From the NCBI GenBank assembly GCA_951406725.2, contig OX597814.1:204662001-204726000 (forward strand): DNA of 64,000 bases. The letters are read 5' to 3'. Source of the stretch: Octopus vulgaris (Eukaryota). The translations under genes were made by a program, and so were the position numbers. Each line of letters begins with the position of its first letter. Position 1 is the stretch's first letter. Under the pieces are notes generated by a model. It saw only the letters and a program-made list of their open reading frames with translations. It made no database searches and was not told where the DNA came from. Positions 1 to 13,621 of the stretch are shown piece after piece.

Positions 1-22
1 TCTGTATTTTTTTTATTTTTAG

Positions 23-172
23 ACATCAGATTCTGAAATTTCATTTGCTCACTTGAAAACCCACGAAAGCCATGAAATGCTCGACCAATTAGAGCAGCCA
101 TTAACTACAGATATACAGAACCAGATCTACGACACAGAAGAACTGCTTCTTGAAGAGCGGACCTTGGACTAG
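23..172 (+). CDS. Probable terminal coding exon of an unidentified gene starting upstream of the window
   Basis: Polypyrimidine tract + AG (tttttttatttttag, AG at 21-22), then 50 open codons in phase 0 (TSDSEISFAHLKTHESHEMLDQLEQPLTTDIQNQIYDTEELLLEERTLD*), and AATAAA at 234-239. No family recognised. Confidence 0.5.
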   Translation, partial: TSDSEISFAHLKTHESHEMLDQLEQPLTTDIQNQIYDTEELLLEERTLD

Positions 173-1384
173 CAACCCACCAATATTAATGTCTGAAAGA
201 CACTTCAACTACAATCTAGGAGGATCTATTGTAAATAAATGGCAGAGACCTTTACAAAAATAGCATTTGACAATTTATTCAATTTTTTGCAGTTTTAATT
301 CCCCCCTTTTCAGTGGTTCTCAACCTTATTAATATGTAGGTCAGGTCCAAAATCAGGATTTATTTTTTTAGGGAGCCACACCAAAAAAAAGCAGAACACA
401 AATCAACTAAAGAAAAATTTATTATATTTACAAAGGGAAGACTGTTAAAGGCCGCAGTGGAGAATCATTGGCTTAAACGCTATTCTTTCAGTTGTTGGAC
501 AGCAACCATACTGGAGCACATTCTTTGAAGGATTTTTACTCAAACTAACCCCAGCACTTTTTAAGTCTCATCCTTATTTAACTGGTCTCTTTCTGCTACA
601 TCACTAAGCTACAGGGATGGAAACAAACCAACACCACTTATCAAGAGGAGGGAGAGACAAACACAAATACTTAAAAACTCTTTCAAGTAAGCATGGCAGA
701 AAGAATGCAAAGGAAAAGGATGTAGTGGCTTTGATGCATCAACCCACTAATCTCGCCTTGCCTTCATCTTCTCTATCACCTTCACACCTCTATGGTTCCC
801 TCCAAGCCCCTTTTCTCCCTCCCACAAAACCCCCAACATCCTATTTTCCTCAGCTTCAGATCCATGTTACCCTCATTTCTTTCTCAATCCCCCTCTTTTA
901 CCCCTTAACACAGGACAATGCAAGATTACTCCAATACACTCCACCCTATCACTCTTCTACCCTCCCCCTCTCTCATTTCTTCCTTCAGTCGTGGTACTTC
1001 TTTAGGTCTTGCCAGTTGTAAGGCAACCTCACTAACGCTGGTGTCATAAAAAAAGAGCACTTGGTAAACCCTGTAAAGTGAAAAGCATGGCATCCACTTG
1101 TAGAAACCATACTAAAACTGAGACACTGGAGCATCAGACCCTTTCAAACCTTCCAACCCATGACAGCATAGAAGATGAAAGCAAAATGATAATATATGCT
1201 TAGCTGTATTTCATGTCTTTATGTTCTGAGTTCAAATTCTGCTAAGGTCAAGTTTGCTTTTCATCCTTTCGGGGTCGACAAATTAAGTACCAGTTGCATA
1301 CTGGGGTTGATCTAATTGACCTGCCACCTCCCCCCAAATTTTGGGCCTTGTGCCTAGAGTAGAAAAGAATATTTTGGTAACTTC

Positions 1385-1579
1385 AAGGCAGTGAGCTGGC
1401 AGAACCGATAGCACGTCGGGCAAAATCCTTAGCGATATTTTGTCTGTCCACTAAGGTCAACTTTGCCTTCCATCCTTTCAAGGGTGGATAAATTAAGTAC
1501 CAGTTATATACTGAGGTCAATCTAATTCACTGCCCTCATCCTCCAAAATTTCAGCCCTTGTGCCTAGAGTAGAAAAGAA
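1385..1579 (+). mobile_element. tRNA-headed SINE, family A (AAGGCGGTGAGCTGGCAGAA head), preceded by a partial tandem copy at ~1195-1372
   Basis: Same head/body (gagctggcagaa...aggtcaactttgcc...aagtaccagtt) recurs at 15480, 33174, 35802, 45289 and inverted at ~48420-49030. Confidence 0.8.
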
Positions 1580-1968
1580 TATATATCGCATCATCACTTG
1601 AGGCCCACTTTCCAGGCTGATGTGGGTCGAATGGTTATAAAGTTACTGATGCAAAAACAGAAAAATTTACAAATCATTATCTCAGACATCATACAGTCAA
1701 GAAGTTTGCTTTTCAAGCACATCACTTCAGGTTCAGGTCTACTGCACTGCATTTCAATCAAGTGCCTTCTACTGTAGCCCAAGGCCATCAAAAGGCTTGT
1801 GAATGAATTTGGCAGACAGAAACTGAAGGAGCCCATTGAATGTGTCTCTCCTTGTGACACTGCATTCTAGTAGTGTCACTGTCATTCATTTCCAGTATTT
1901 AGTGAAAGCACATCTGATTATGGGGTTGGCAACAGGAAGGGCATCCAGCTGTTGAAATTCTGCCTTAA

Positions 1969-2182
1969 CCCTTTTAGTGTTCAGATTACTCTGTTAAATG
2001 TAAAACTTTTCACTTAAATTGTTTTTAATTAATCATGCATTATCTTATAGCATTGAGGTTTCAATGATGTGATTATTTTTAAAATGTCAATGTAGATTAG
2101 GTGTGAGAGGCTAGATATCACCCATCTGAATATAAAACATAGAATATTTGGGCTGTATATGGCCGGTCTAAACACTAAAGGG
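1969..2182. mobile_element. piggyBac-type MITE
   Basis: TTAA|CCCTTTTAGTGTT...AACACTAAAGGG|TTAA; TTAA duplications at 1965-1968 and 2183-2186; inserted in a SINE remnant. Confidence 0.8.
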
Positions 2183-2924
2183 TTAATAAACTCCATCTGG
2201 CCTTTGTAAGCATGAAAAACTGATGCTAGGTGATGATGATTTGTTGAAGTATTTGAAACCTGAGATGGTTTTGGGTGTCTCAGGGATGATGTCTTTCACC
2301 ATTATTTCACCTTCATATCTAACAGTTTCCTCTCTCTCTCGCTCTCTCAATAATCTGAGGGTTAGATTTCTTCACTGAAAGCTTTAGAATTGGGTGCAAG
2401 GGATTCTTGTTTAGCCACAAGTTGGTCCTGAATGAGCAAAACTTATTGAGACAACCCTCTCGATAAATCTGTTCCCCTCTCTTAACACTTCACCCAGTCA
2501 GCACTCCTATTTTGTTTTCAGTCAAAGCAGATCTTTAGTTGAATTACAAAATGACCCCTTTATGCTGTTGACACATAACTCTGCCCCCCACCCACCACAA
2601 AAAAACAGTGCACTCTGTAAAGTGGAGAGGACGAGACATCCTCTGGAGTGGTGCAATGGAAACAATGTACCCAGAACACTTTGTCAAATTGTTGGTGTTA
2701 GGAAGGACACCCAACTGTAGAAATCATATGAATGGTGAGACATAGAGGCAAGGCAAGCTTATTTGTTGGATCCTGCTGGACTGTCCGAACCAGTGGTTTC
2801 CAACTGGGGCCCCATATAAGATGTTGTTGCTAAAGTTTACGTACAATAAATTGGTTATACTTCTCCAACAGACAAAATACAGTTCTATATTTAAGAGATG
2901 AGGAATTATTTACATTATTTACAT

Positions 2925-3222
2925 TTGACAGATATTTGTCCTCATCTTGTTTGTTGTTAGCACGTTTCTGCTGATGAGCCCTCCAGCCTTCATCAGGTGT
3001 CTTGGGGAAATTTTGAACCTTGGTTAAGAGTGCGGGCTACTAACCACAAGATTCCGAGTTCGATTCCAGGCAGTGACCTGAATAATAATAACAACATCAT
3101 CGAAAATACCTTAGGAATGAGAACCCAGGTTCGAAATTTCCCCAAGACACCTGAAGGCTGGAGGGTATATCAGCTGAAATGTGTTAACAACAAAGATGAG
3201 GACAAATATCTGTCAATTGTAA
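2925..3222. mobile_element. Penelope-like fold-back (inverted terminal-repeat fragments) with decayed hammerhead motif
   Basis: Arms ~2925-3020 and ~3127-3222 are reverse complements. The left arm read on the minus strand gives gacac-CTGATGA-aggctg...cagca-GAAAC. Confidence 0.6.
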
Positions 3223-4087
3223 AACACAGACAAAACATTAATCTTTCTTTTACGATTCCTATAAAAATACAACAGGGCTTTTAAAACATTGAATGGCAGG
3301 TTCCAGTTGAGTAAAATAGGAATCAAAAAGGGTCCAAAGGCAAACAATGGTTGAGTATCACTGGATTAAACCATAACAGCATGGAAAACAGACACGAAAT
3401 GATATCTAAGACTACATTATACATGTCCCTTTTACTTTAGGTTGGTAATATATAATTTGAGGGAGATTTATCTCTAATTGGCAGCTTGTTGAGCAACAAC
3501 CTGTCGGCTTCTTGTGCACTGATGTTGCCTCAGGACCACATTTATGAATGGAAAGCAGTCCAGTAGTTACTGAAGCTACGTATAGTTGTGTACCTCTCTG
3601 TGCCATGTGAATTCTCCAAAGAGAGTATTGGAACAATTCATAAAGTTGAAATTATGGATAGCAATGTTTAAATAACTCCACTCTTGTGATCATTATTAAC
3701 AAAACTCTAGCTGAATAATGATCCCACTGCACTCTTATGGTCCCATGTAAAAAGCACGGGTGCTGGTGCTTTTTAAGTACCAGCTGAGTACTGGGGGTTG
3801 ATGTAATTGACTTACCCCTCCCTCAAAATTGCTGGCCTTGTACCAAAATTTGAAACCAATATCTAATAAATCATAAAGGCCAGTAGTGGTCAGCAACATC
3901 TTAATGTCCCGGTGATATTTAGTTATGGTCTTGTTATATCCCTGAGAACCAACTTTGCCTTTAATCCTTGAAGGGAGGGCCATATAACTTAAGCATCAAG
4001 AGTTCCATCTAAAACATGGTTTTGTACTATAAAATTATAAATTAAATTTTTTTTTTTAAACATATAAAATATAACTTTAATATTTAT

Positions 4088-4361
4088 TACCTGAGTATGA
4101 TCGTTACCAGCGTCGCCTTACTGGCACTTGAAAAAACATTCAAGCAAGGTCGTTGCCAGTACTGCTTGACTGGCCCCCGTGCTGGTGGCACGTAAACGCA
4201 CCCACTACACTATCGGAGTGGTTGGTATTAGGAAGGGCATCCAGCTGTAGAAACTCTGCCAGATCAAGATTGGAGCCTGGTGCAGCCATCTTGTTCGCCA
4301 GCCCTGTCATTTGTCCAACCCATGCTAGCATGGAAAGCGAACGTTAAACGATGATGATGAT
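4088..4361 (+). mobile_element. Family C SINE / LINE-derived 3' tail ending in (GAT)n
   Basis: Core ggcacgtaaa...taggaagggcatccagctgtagaaac...ccaacccatgctagcatggaaagc...aaacgatgatgat, present in many copies in both orientations. Confidence 0.85.
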
Positions 4362-7300
4362 TTGTCATACAACACTTAAAAGAAAGAGAAATTGAGGGAT
4401 GAGGCTTTATGCTAGGTGAAGCGAAGAGAGGTTAGTGTATGCTAGAATAACTACCTTGCTAGGGGACATACATGGCTACCCCAGATGGAAAAGATATAGT
4501 GGTGAAGATGTATCAGTAGATACCCTCAAGTATTAGGAAGGTGAATATAAGTGGAAGTCATATTGTAAATGATACCCTGTTGGTGCTGGTACCACGTAAA
4601 AAGCACCTGGTACACCCTGTAAAATGGTTGGCATTAGGAAGAACATACTGCTACAGAAACCAAATCAAAACAGACTGGAGCCTGGTGTGGCCCTCAACCT
4701 TACCAGCTCCTGTCAAACTATCCAACCCATTCTAGCATGAAAATGGATGTATGAGGAAGGTGTCTGTTCTGACACCTTCCTCATACAGCCCCTGGTCAGC
4801 CCTATTCAGGTGGACCTATCATTGAAGATGCTTCAGCTGTGACCATCCCTTTGTTTCTTTTAGTATATCCATGACTACATAATCCAACTTTTTAAGACAA
4901 CAGAGTAATTTTAGGGAGATTTGGCTATTATAATTAGCAGTCAAGTGATGACTAAGGAGAAGCCTTCTTGTTGGATTGTCATATCTTCTGAGATTGAAAA
5001 ACAAAAAGTATAATTAGGACAAGTGGTAAAAAGGCCGATGCCTCATTAACCTCTTAACCAGCCAAGCTATAAAGGACAATTTATGCTATGTAAACATTAC
5101 AGGGTGATGATCTTCCTTCTGATTAAAGCACAAGGCCAGTTTTGTCTTGGTGTAAAAGATGGGCGATGGGTTAGAGCAAATATTCTGCTCAATACCACAG
5201 ATTTGCTCGTTAGTTGCTTGACCATAACCAGTTGAGCATGTCTTCAGTGGTTGATATGTGCAGGAGTAGTGGAGGAATATTGTATAAGGTAAGAGGGATT
5301 GTTTGAGGTTTGAATAATTCACCCTTGGAAACGTGTGTGTTTCATTCATCATGCTTTAACAAACTTTGGTCGGGGACATTTGAATGGAAAATTCTACTTT
5401 GGCCCCATCTGCAAGGTCATCTGCTGTTTATCTTGATAAGAGGCCACCATTTCGTGCACATATAATTGTGATGCATGTACCTGGTGTACCCTTACCAGAG
5501 GGTTAGTGATGATGGGTATATTGAGCTTCATATATGTCTAGTCCAGTGCCACTTTGATGGCATGTGCTGCTCTCTCACATAATAATAATAATAATGATAA
5601 TAATGATGATAATAATAATAATAATAATAATAAAAATAAAAATACGAAGTCAGAATGATGACAATACTCAGAAATGTATATGTGATTTTTAATTTGTTGA
5701 TAAAAATATTATATGAGTGTTGTTGTTGTCAGTGTACATTTGATAAAACTCAAAATTTATGATTACATTAAACTGTGATTAACATAGTATAAGAGGACAA
5801 AAGTAGCTTATAGACAAATGGTCAGATGGAAAAGCTGTTAAACCATTATTGATAATAGATGTCGGTACACCACTTCAAACACAGATCAAGAAGCTGAGTA
5901 GAGAGAATGAATTGTTACCAAAACAGAACCGGTCACTTTTTTGAGTAACAAAAATACAATCTGTGAAATCATTGTACAAGAAATAGATATACATTGTCAT
6001 ACACATAGAAATTATTGTATGGTTATTTGTTTGTTTGCTGCACATGTAACATTCAAATGACAATGTTTTATTGTTATACATTTGGGTGCAGAATACCATG
6101 GTGAAGTTAATATATAACAGTAGCTTTTCACAGCCAGCAACTGGATAAAAGAAACCTCTCACCCAATATATTATATGTTTGTGTATGTATACATACATAC
6201 GTGTGAGTGTGTGTGTGTGTTTAGCTCAGCAAGAGATCTGGCAGAAAATCAGATTATTGTGGGACGGTTTACATCATATACTTACTTATCCTACATTGTC
6301 ATTTACGTAAGTCAAATATCGAAATATGCCTTGTGGTTTATCTTAGAGAGAGAGGGGATTGTCTGTGTGATGGCCATAACATAACTGAGTGAAAACGTAC
6401 TTCCACTGGAGGTGTTAGAAAGATGAGGATATGAAATTAAACTGGTTCCTGCTAAATATGACATTTGATATGTCTTGCGAGTATTTGTTTGAAATGTATT
6501 CCCCTAGCATATACTGCACCTGGATACCAGCTGTGTGTGTGTATTATATATACATACATATGCATATATCTCAATGTAAAAATGAGAGGTCTGCATAAGC
6601 GTTAAAAATCTATTATGAAAGCAATGACAAAAAAAAAAAAAAAGGATAAAGACAATATAGGAGGGACAAGTTTTAATATTGTATTAATTAAACACTTAAA
6701 GAAGGGAAAGAGACTGTTTTGAATGCTAGTCCTTCATTGGGAGAAAAAGAGGATAAATAAAGGAGAATGAACAAGGAGAAGAAATGGGAGAGATGGGGTG
6801 TCCCTTCTAAACATCACCTCCCTTAGAACTGCATGCCCACCTGGCCCCTAACATGCTCCCCAATTTTTGGTCACCCACTTCTTATATTTTTCTTCTGATA
6901 AAAGACTAGCATCCAAAACATCAAGACTCTTTCTTTTCCTTTTAAGTATTAAAACCAATACACATTTTAAAAACTTATCCCTCCTGTGTTGTCATCTTTT
7001 TGTGTTTATTGCTTTCATAATCTACCTATCTATCTGTATATATATATATATAGTCACTTTGCTCTTTTGAGAAAATTAAACATAGAGGTTGTTTGTGATA
7101 TATCAACTATTGGTAACTTAATTATGGCTGAAGTAATAGATATCTTTGTTTCCTCAGTATTTGTAAAGCTTAAAGAATTAAGGTTTCACAAAATACTAGA
7201 ACTACTAGAAAAAGGCTACTTCAGATCGAATGAGCCCTTCCTAACGAATGTATACAAAACCTATATTGAAGATCTTTTTACATCATATTTTGGCAGTTGA

Positions 7301-7775
7301 ACTGCCAACTTGTCTGCTCCTAAAATGAGAAAATAAATGTAAATCCAAAACCACTTGTGTAATTAAAAATATTTGATAATCTAACAAATCTAAGACTGAT
7401 GGGAAAAAAATAGTACAAATAAAAATCAATATAAAGCACTACTACCATTTTTGGGGGTTCATTTAAAAAAAAGTTTCTGAGGATAGAAAAACTATAAACA
7501 GCACCTAACTAAAGCAGTTACTGGAAAAATAACAAAAAAACATAAAAAATAGAATGAAGGTGTGTTTAATTTAGGCTTGAGAAAATAGTTCCATAGAAGT
7601 ATTGGAGGGGAGGGGCAGAAAGTATTGTCTACAAAAGTACTATAATACAAAGTGCAGCCTTTAATGTATTAAGAAATCACATGTGCTTGATTCAGTCCGC
7701 AGGGCAGCAAGTTGGAGCCTGAGAAGTTAAATAGCAGCATACATGAGGTGGGTGTGTGTGTGTATGGTAAGGTGG

Positions 7776-7808
<33 letters not shown>

Positions 7809-8349
7809 CTGAAACTAAAGTTATCAGAGATGTTTGTAATGTTATGTGAACAGCAGCAACAGCAGCTCAGCTGGTTACACTGATGAGATCAATGTGAGAA
7901 ATAAAGAGGGAGAAAAGAGGTTAAAAAAAATCATTAAACATTATAGTATTTATTATTCTATTTCTGGTAATATTTGTGGTTTCTATTTGGTTTTTGTTTT
8001 TAAATAGGACAAAATGAGCACAAAGTAATTTCTAAAATAAATGTGGAGTGGGTGGAGAAAACGGCTAAGAGAAGCCATAAGGTCTAATGGTGTAACTCAA
8101 GAGAATTTAAATATCTGAAATAGAGAGGAAGCAAATAGATCTTTCAGATGTTCTTTGTTTTGTTTTGTTTTTTCTGTCTTTGATGACTGGAATACTTGCA
8201 TCACAGCACCAGCCATAGAGACAAGAGAAGAAATCAGTTAAAACAATTTCATCTTTAAAAGTCTTGTCAGTTTTTTTTTTTTAAAGAGTTTTTTTTGTTC
8301 TTTTGTTTTGGTTAACTGATGAAAAGAAAAAAAAAAAAGAGGTAGAAAT

Positions 8350-8469
8350 TTATGTAACAGGGATGTTATGAATTGACAGCCTGAAGAATTCATTAATTAT
8401 ACTATAAGACTCTCCCTCATAGTGTAGATTGAATACCTGACTAAATGACAATGGTTTGTCATCATCAGC
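8350..8469 (-). CDS. NUTF2: Nuclear transport factor 2, coding exon 4 (last)
   Basis: Acceptor tttctttttctttccag; ADDDKPLSFSQVFNLHYEGESYSIINEFFRLSIHNIPVT*. Matches the NTF2 C-terminus (ADED...F.Q.F.L...ND.FRL..HN); TAA at 8350-8352. Confidence 0.93.
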   Translation of the reverse strand, partial: ADDDKPLSFSQVFNLHYEGESYSIINEFFRLSIHNIPVT

Positions 8470-8717
8470 CTGGAAAGAAAAAGAAACAAAACGTTTAAAT
8501 ATACACACAAACAATTCAGACAATTAAGTTTGGTAGAGGTTAATTTAATTACAGACAAAAAATATGATTTGTAAAAACCAGAAACAATATAGAGTGTGGC
8601 TGCATAATGTTATACACACTGTTGTTCAGGTATGTAAAAAAAAAACCCAGCTTACAGTTGTGTTTTTTTACACACACATAGACAATGTCACGTACATACA
8701 TACACACAAATTATATT

Positions 8718-9035
8718 TGTTTCAGTCATCTGACTGTGGCCATGCTGGAGCACCGCCTTTAATTGAGCAAAGCGAACCCAGGACTTATTCTTTGTAAGCC
8801 TATTACTTATTCTATCGGCCCCTTTTGCCAAACCACTAAGTTATGGGGATGTAAACACACCAATATCAGTTGTCAAGAGATGTCGGGGGGAAAACACAGA
8901 CACACACACACATATATATACGATGGGCTTCTTTCAGTTTCCGCCTACCAAATACACTTTCCTAAGGTGCCATGCAGTGAAACTGAACCCAGAGCCATGT
9001 GGTTGGTAAGCAAGCTACTTACCACACAGCCACTC
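8718..9035 (-). mobile_element. tRNA-headed SINE, family B (GGAGTGGCTGTGTGGTAAG head, internal TA/TG microsatellite)
   Basis: Near-full copy; homologous copies at ~18185-18550, 43653-44000, 47384-47675 and 56800-57200. Confidence 0.8.
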
Positions 9036-9537
9036 CTGATGTACATAATGAGTATATGCTGTGCTTGAGAAGACACAGCAAAGCTAATTCATGGTCATAC
9101 ATGCAGGCATGTCTGTCATGCCTCCCACTCACACAGTCCTGTCAAAACACCAACAACAACCTGTCTTCCCAACATCCCTCCTCTCCCACAACCCATGATC
9201 ACCACCCTCCACTCTCCCTCAAGTGCACAGTCACTCCATGTTCTGACACAGCAACCATACTGCGCTTCTTAGCCACTCCATTTTCTCTCACCATCACTTG
9301 TTACAGCCATGTTTTCCTCATCCATATTCCGCTGTACTACTTAAACCCCACCACCACCATCACTATTCCTTCTACACAGACCTAAATACATCTCCAACAC
9401 CAACTATTTTTCTCTCCCTAGTCTCCCCTTACCTGTTGTACTGGAGTAACCAAGTATCCCTTCTATAGTAAGACAACTATCCATGTTCCTCTACCTGGCC
9501 TACAGACACTTCCCTCAGTTCCTCCTCCCCCCACCTC

Positions 9538-9850
9538 ATCATCATCATCATCGTTTAACGTTCGTTCTCCATGCTAGCATGGGTTGGACGGTTCGACCGG
9601 GGATCTGGGAAGCCAGGAGGCTACACCAGGCTCCAGTCTTATCTGGCAGTGTTTCTACAGCTGGATGCCCTTCCTAACACCAACCACTCCGTGAGTGTAG
9701 TGGGTGCTTTTTACGTGCCACCTGCACAGGTGACAGGCGAGGCTGGCAACGGCCACGGTCGGATTGGTGCATTTTACGTGCCACTGGCACGGAAGCCAGT
9801 CGAGGCGGCGCTGGTATCGGCCACGATTCGGATAGTGCTTTTTACGTACC
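9538..9850 (-). mobile_element. Family C SINE
   Basis: Reverse-oriented family C core with (CAT)n tail at the left end and internal ttttacgtgcca subrepeats. Confidence 0.85.
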
Positions 9851-11619
9851 ACCAGTCCATAAAAAGCACTGGTGGTACGTAAAGATCTGAAAGATTTTTG
9901 TCTTGCAAGTTCCTTGGTGACCTCTCTCTTTCTCTTCCCACAATATATGTAGTGATGACAGCTGTGTCAAGCAGAAGTGGTTACTATGTCGTTATAAGGA
10001 GTAGAGGTCATTGCTGTAGTGGATTCTCCATCAATCTGTATAGTGAGCATCCAGTTGATTGACTAATTGAAATTAGTAACCAGAAGACTATATCACAACC
10101 ATGTGCACTTCCAATGTAATTGACCCTTTGAATTACAATTGAAGAGAAAAAGTAGAATCAATCCCAACCATGGCTAGATCGGTATTTTATTGATACCTCC
10201 ACCTACCATAGATAAATGGTTAAGTTCACCTTGGTAAGATTTGAACTTTAGAAATGCTGCAAGGTATCCTATCTGATCCTCTAATAATGTGCCAACCCAT
10301 AGCCATGTAGTAGTGGAAGATAGCAGTGAAGAGGAGACTGTGTTAATAAAGGGGTGGTGGGGTATTTTCCTATCAGCCCGAGAGCCTTTCTATTAATGTT
10401 ACATTTAAAACAATGCAGGAACAGATGTAGGAACAGTACTCCATTGGGAGTTTTGCTTCAGCTTTGTAGAGAAGAGTCTGAAGATTTGACTGGTGACTGA
10501 GACCGTTGGAGAAGCCAAGTGAGACCATAACCCGTGGACTATGCTAGTGGTGTACAACCAGCCCACTTATAAGTACCCTTCATTCATGGGACAGTAAACT
10601 AGAGTGGCAGTAGGAGGCTGCCAAAGGACAAATTGAGTGAGAGTAGAAGAATGACTGGAGTAGTAAAAAAAGAGGGAATGAAAAAATTAAAATGAGAGTG
10701 GGTTGGATTAAGAGGTGTAAACAAAGAGTGGCAGCTAAAAAGTGATAGAAAATACAGCTGCTGAGAAATTTTTGATTCAAACAAGAGTTATCCCCCTTGT
10801 CGGTACATGTGTATATTTTTTAATGAACTTGGACAATTAACGAAGTTGTTAAGACTGCTAATTGATAAAATACTTTATGGTATTATTTCAGCACTTTGAG
10901 TTCTGAGTTCAAATCACACCGAAGTCAACTTTACCTTCTATCCTTCTGGGGTCGATAAATAAAGTCCCATCTCTGATTGCAGACTTGTAGAAATGTTAGA
11001 GTAGGGGATTAGTATTCATATGAAATCCTGCCATGGCTTACTTGGATGGTAACCTTAATCCTTTGTTGTAACCTAGCACCTTCGGTACCTTTAGCAGGGT
11101 CCACTTCGTTGCAAGCATTCAGACCCAGTCTCCAGTCTGAGGTGACTTCCCCCGCCCCCCCGCCCCAAGTCTCAGGCATTCTGCAATGTCTTCAATTTTG
11201 TTTCATAATTTGTTTAGAAATTTACCCTTTTAATATATTTTCAATAAATAAATATAAATTCTAAGACTTGTCTCAATGGACAAATGAACCGGTATTTTTC
11301 TCACAGACAACTGAACGTAGCTTTCTAGGAGAGATTCACTTGGTGTAAAGATGAGAAAAAGGAGGAGGGACATGGGCCTAGGTTTCAAGGATGTCCTCAC
11401 CTAAGACAGCACCTTTGTGGGCTTTTATGCCATCAAGAACCAAATGCTTCAGAAAAAAGATTACAAAAGGAATTGTCTCATGGTTCTCTATAAGCTTTTA
11501 GCAGATCTTTATAACTTTCAAAATAACCATGGAATTTTCATGGGTTCTACTGGTTAGGGAGTGTTCTCAAACAGCTGAGGTTTACACACTTATACTGTTT
11601 TAAACTCAGATGATTTTTT

Positions 11620-11774
11620 TTGGAGTGGTTGGTGCTAGGAAGGGCATCCAGCTGTAGAAACTCTTCCAGATCAGATTGGAGCCTGGTGCAGCCATCTGGT
11701 TCGCCAGTCCTCAGTCAAATCGTCCAACCCATGCTAGCATGGAAAGCGGACGTTAAACGATGATGATGATGATG
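11620..11774 (+). mobile_element. Family C SINE 3' part
   Basis: Well-preserved core and (GAT)n tail. Confidence 0.85.
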
Positions 11775-13442
11775 TAGAATGATTTCAAGGCCTCCAATCA
11801 AACAATTCAGGAGTTTAGAGAATTTTTATGGGGAAAAGGAGATACTTTGTGAAAGTGATTAAGAAATGTGGGTGGAGGAGTGGCAGTGTAGTTAAGAAGT
11901 TAGCCTGCCAACAACATTGGCTCAGATTCATTTCCATGGCTTGGGCATGATCAATACATTGTGAAAGAATCTGGCAGATGGAAACTGTATGAAGCCTGTC
12001 ATATATCTATCTGCATGTGTGAATGTTTACAACACAGTACTCCAATCTCTTTTTTGCTGAGGTACCCTGGCCAAGCCTTTCAGAAATTCATGGCACCCAA
12101 TCTAATAGGAGTTGTATTTTGATTCAACATCAATATTACAAAACTTTGTCCCTGGATAATAACATCTGTGTAAGAAAACTATGTCTCCGGAATTGATAAT
12201 GAAAAATTTTCTTTATTTTCACCAATGTTGACATAACAAAAATATAATAGACAACAATACAAAATATAAGATGGCAATAATATTTATCGATAAAATAAAT
12301 ATCAAAATGTATTTTTGACTCTAAATGATTAATCATGATACCACATACGTATGTATATTTTGCAGCACACTGGTTGGGAAGCTGTGGTTTACAGTATATA
12401 TTTCACATAGAAAAACGCTGGGTTATGAAAACAGTGAGCTTTGTTGTCATAGTAATAGAGAAACGGAATGGATGGTTAAGGCTGTAACTGCCAGATCAGA
12501 GATGACCCGGGGCTAAACAACAACTATACTTAATTATATAAGAGAGCCTCTAAAAAGCTGGACACTATTGTCTGACCAGTTTGTAATCTAAAGAATAACC
12601 AAACATCCCCACTAATTACATAGACATGTGAAAATATACACAACACAACACAAATTAAGACCATATTGTAAAACCATCATCACTTAATGTCCACTTTTCC
12701 ATGCTTGCATGAACCAGACAATTTGTTGAAGCAGATTTTTCTATGGCAGGATGCCTTTCCTGTCACCAACCTTCACCTGTTTCCAAGCAAGGTAATATTT
12801 CCTCATGACCAGACACGTTTTTCATGGGAAATGAGAAGCACTGCTTGTATGATGGTGATGCTCATTTACAACAATGTCAAGTAAAGGACACACACACAAC
12901 AGGCTTCTTTCAGTTTCTATCCAACAAATCAAGCAAGGTTTTGGTTAGCCCAGAGCTACAGAAGATACTTGCCTAAGGTGGCATGCAGTGGGACTGAATC
13001 CCAAACCTCGTGATTGGGAAGCAAGCTTATCCACACAGCCACACCTGCATTTGTCCTTGTAAGTGTTTTGCTGTTGTTTAACAAGAGCTTGGCCTTGTTT
13101 CAACCAATCTACAATCAAAGTCATTCAGGATGCGATCATCTTGTTTTTGGTTTTATCAATCCTAATCTATCTTGGACTGTATTATCCAATGTACCTTTCC
13201 GTTATTTATAAAGGTAGGGTGTAATATGAGGTAGATCTGACTGTTGTGTTTAGCAGCTCAAACAGCTATGCCAAGATTCCCTTGTTAACTTGACATAAGC
13301 TTGTCAGAGGATGTGAGCCACAATCTACAACATTTAGAAGTGTTCACATCTTGTTGATGTCCAATGAAGAGAGGCAATAATTATATACACACCTGACATG
13401 TTTATGTGAACAATATATCAACAAAAAAATATAATAACTTAC

Positions 13443-13541
13443 TTGAAGCTGGCCGGTGATCAATATTAAAATTCCACCAGTGGTAGTAGGAAGAGCATCC
13501 AACTTTGTGACAACGTGCTTGATTGTTTTAAATGGCAACGA
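13443..13541 (-). CDS. NUTF2: Nuclear transport factor 2, coding exon 3
   Basis: ttttgatttttcag|SLPFKTIKHVVTKLDALPTTTGGILILITGQLQ|gtaagt; 99 nt, phase 0/0. Matches NTF2 SLPF..I.H.....D..P......V.GQL. Confidence 0.95.
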
Positions 13542-13621
13542 CTGAAAAATCAAAATAAATATTTTACAAGTAAATTTATTTATGTATATTTTACAAGTTA
13601 ATATATATGTAAACTGTTTAA

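Noticed and set aside
617-1021. 134-aa ORF
   Set aside because: It starts in a decayed family B SINE and continues through pyrimidine-rich low-complexity sequence.
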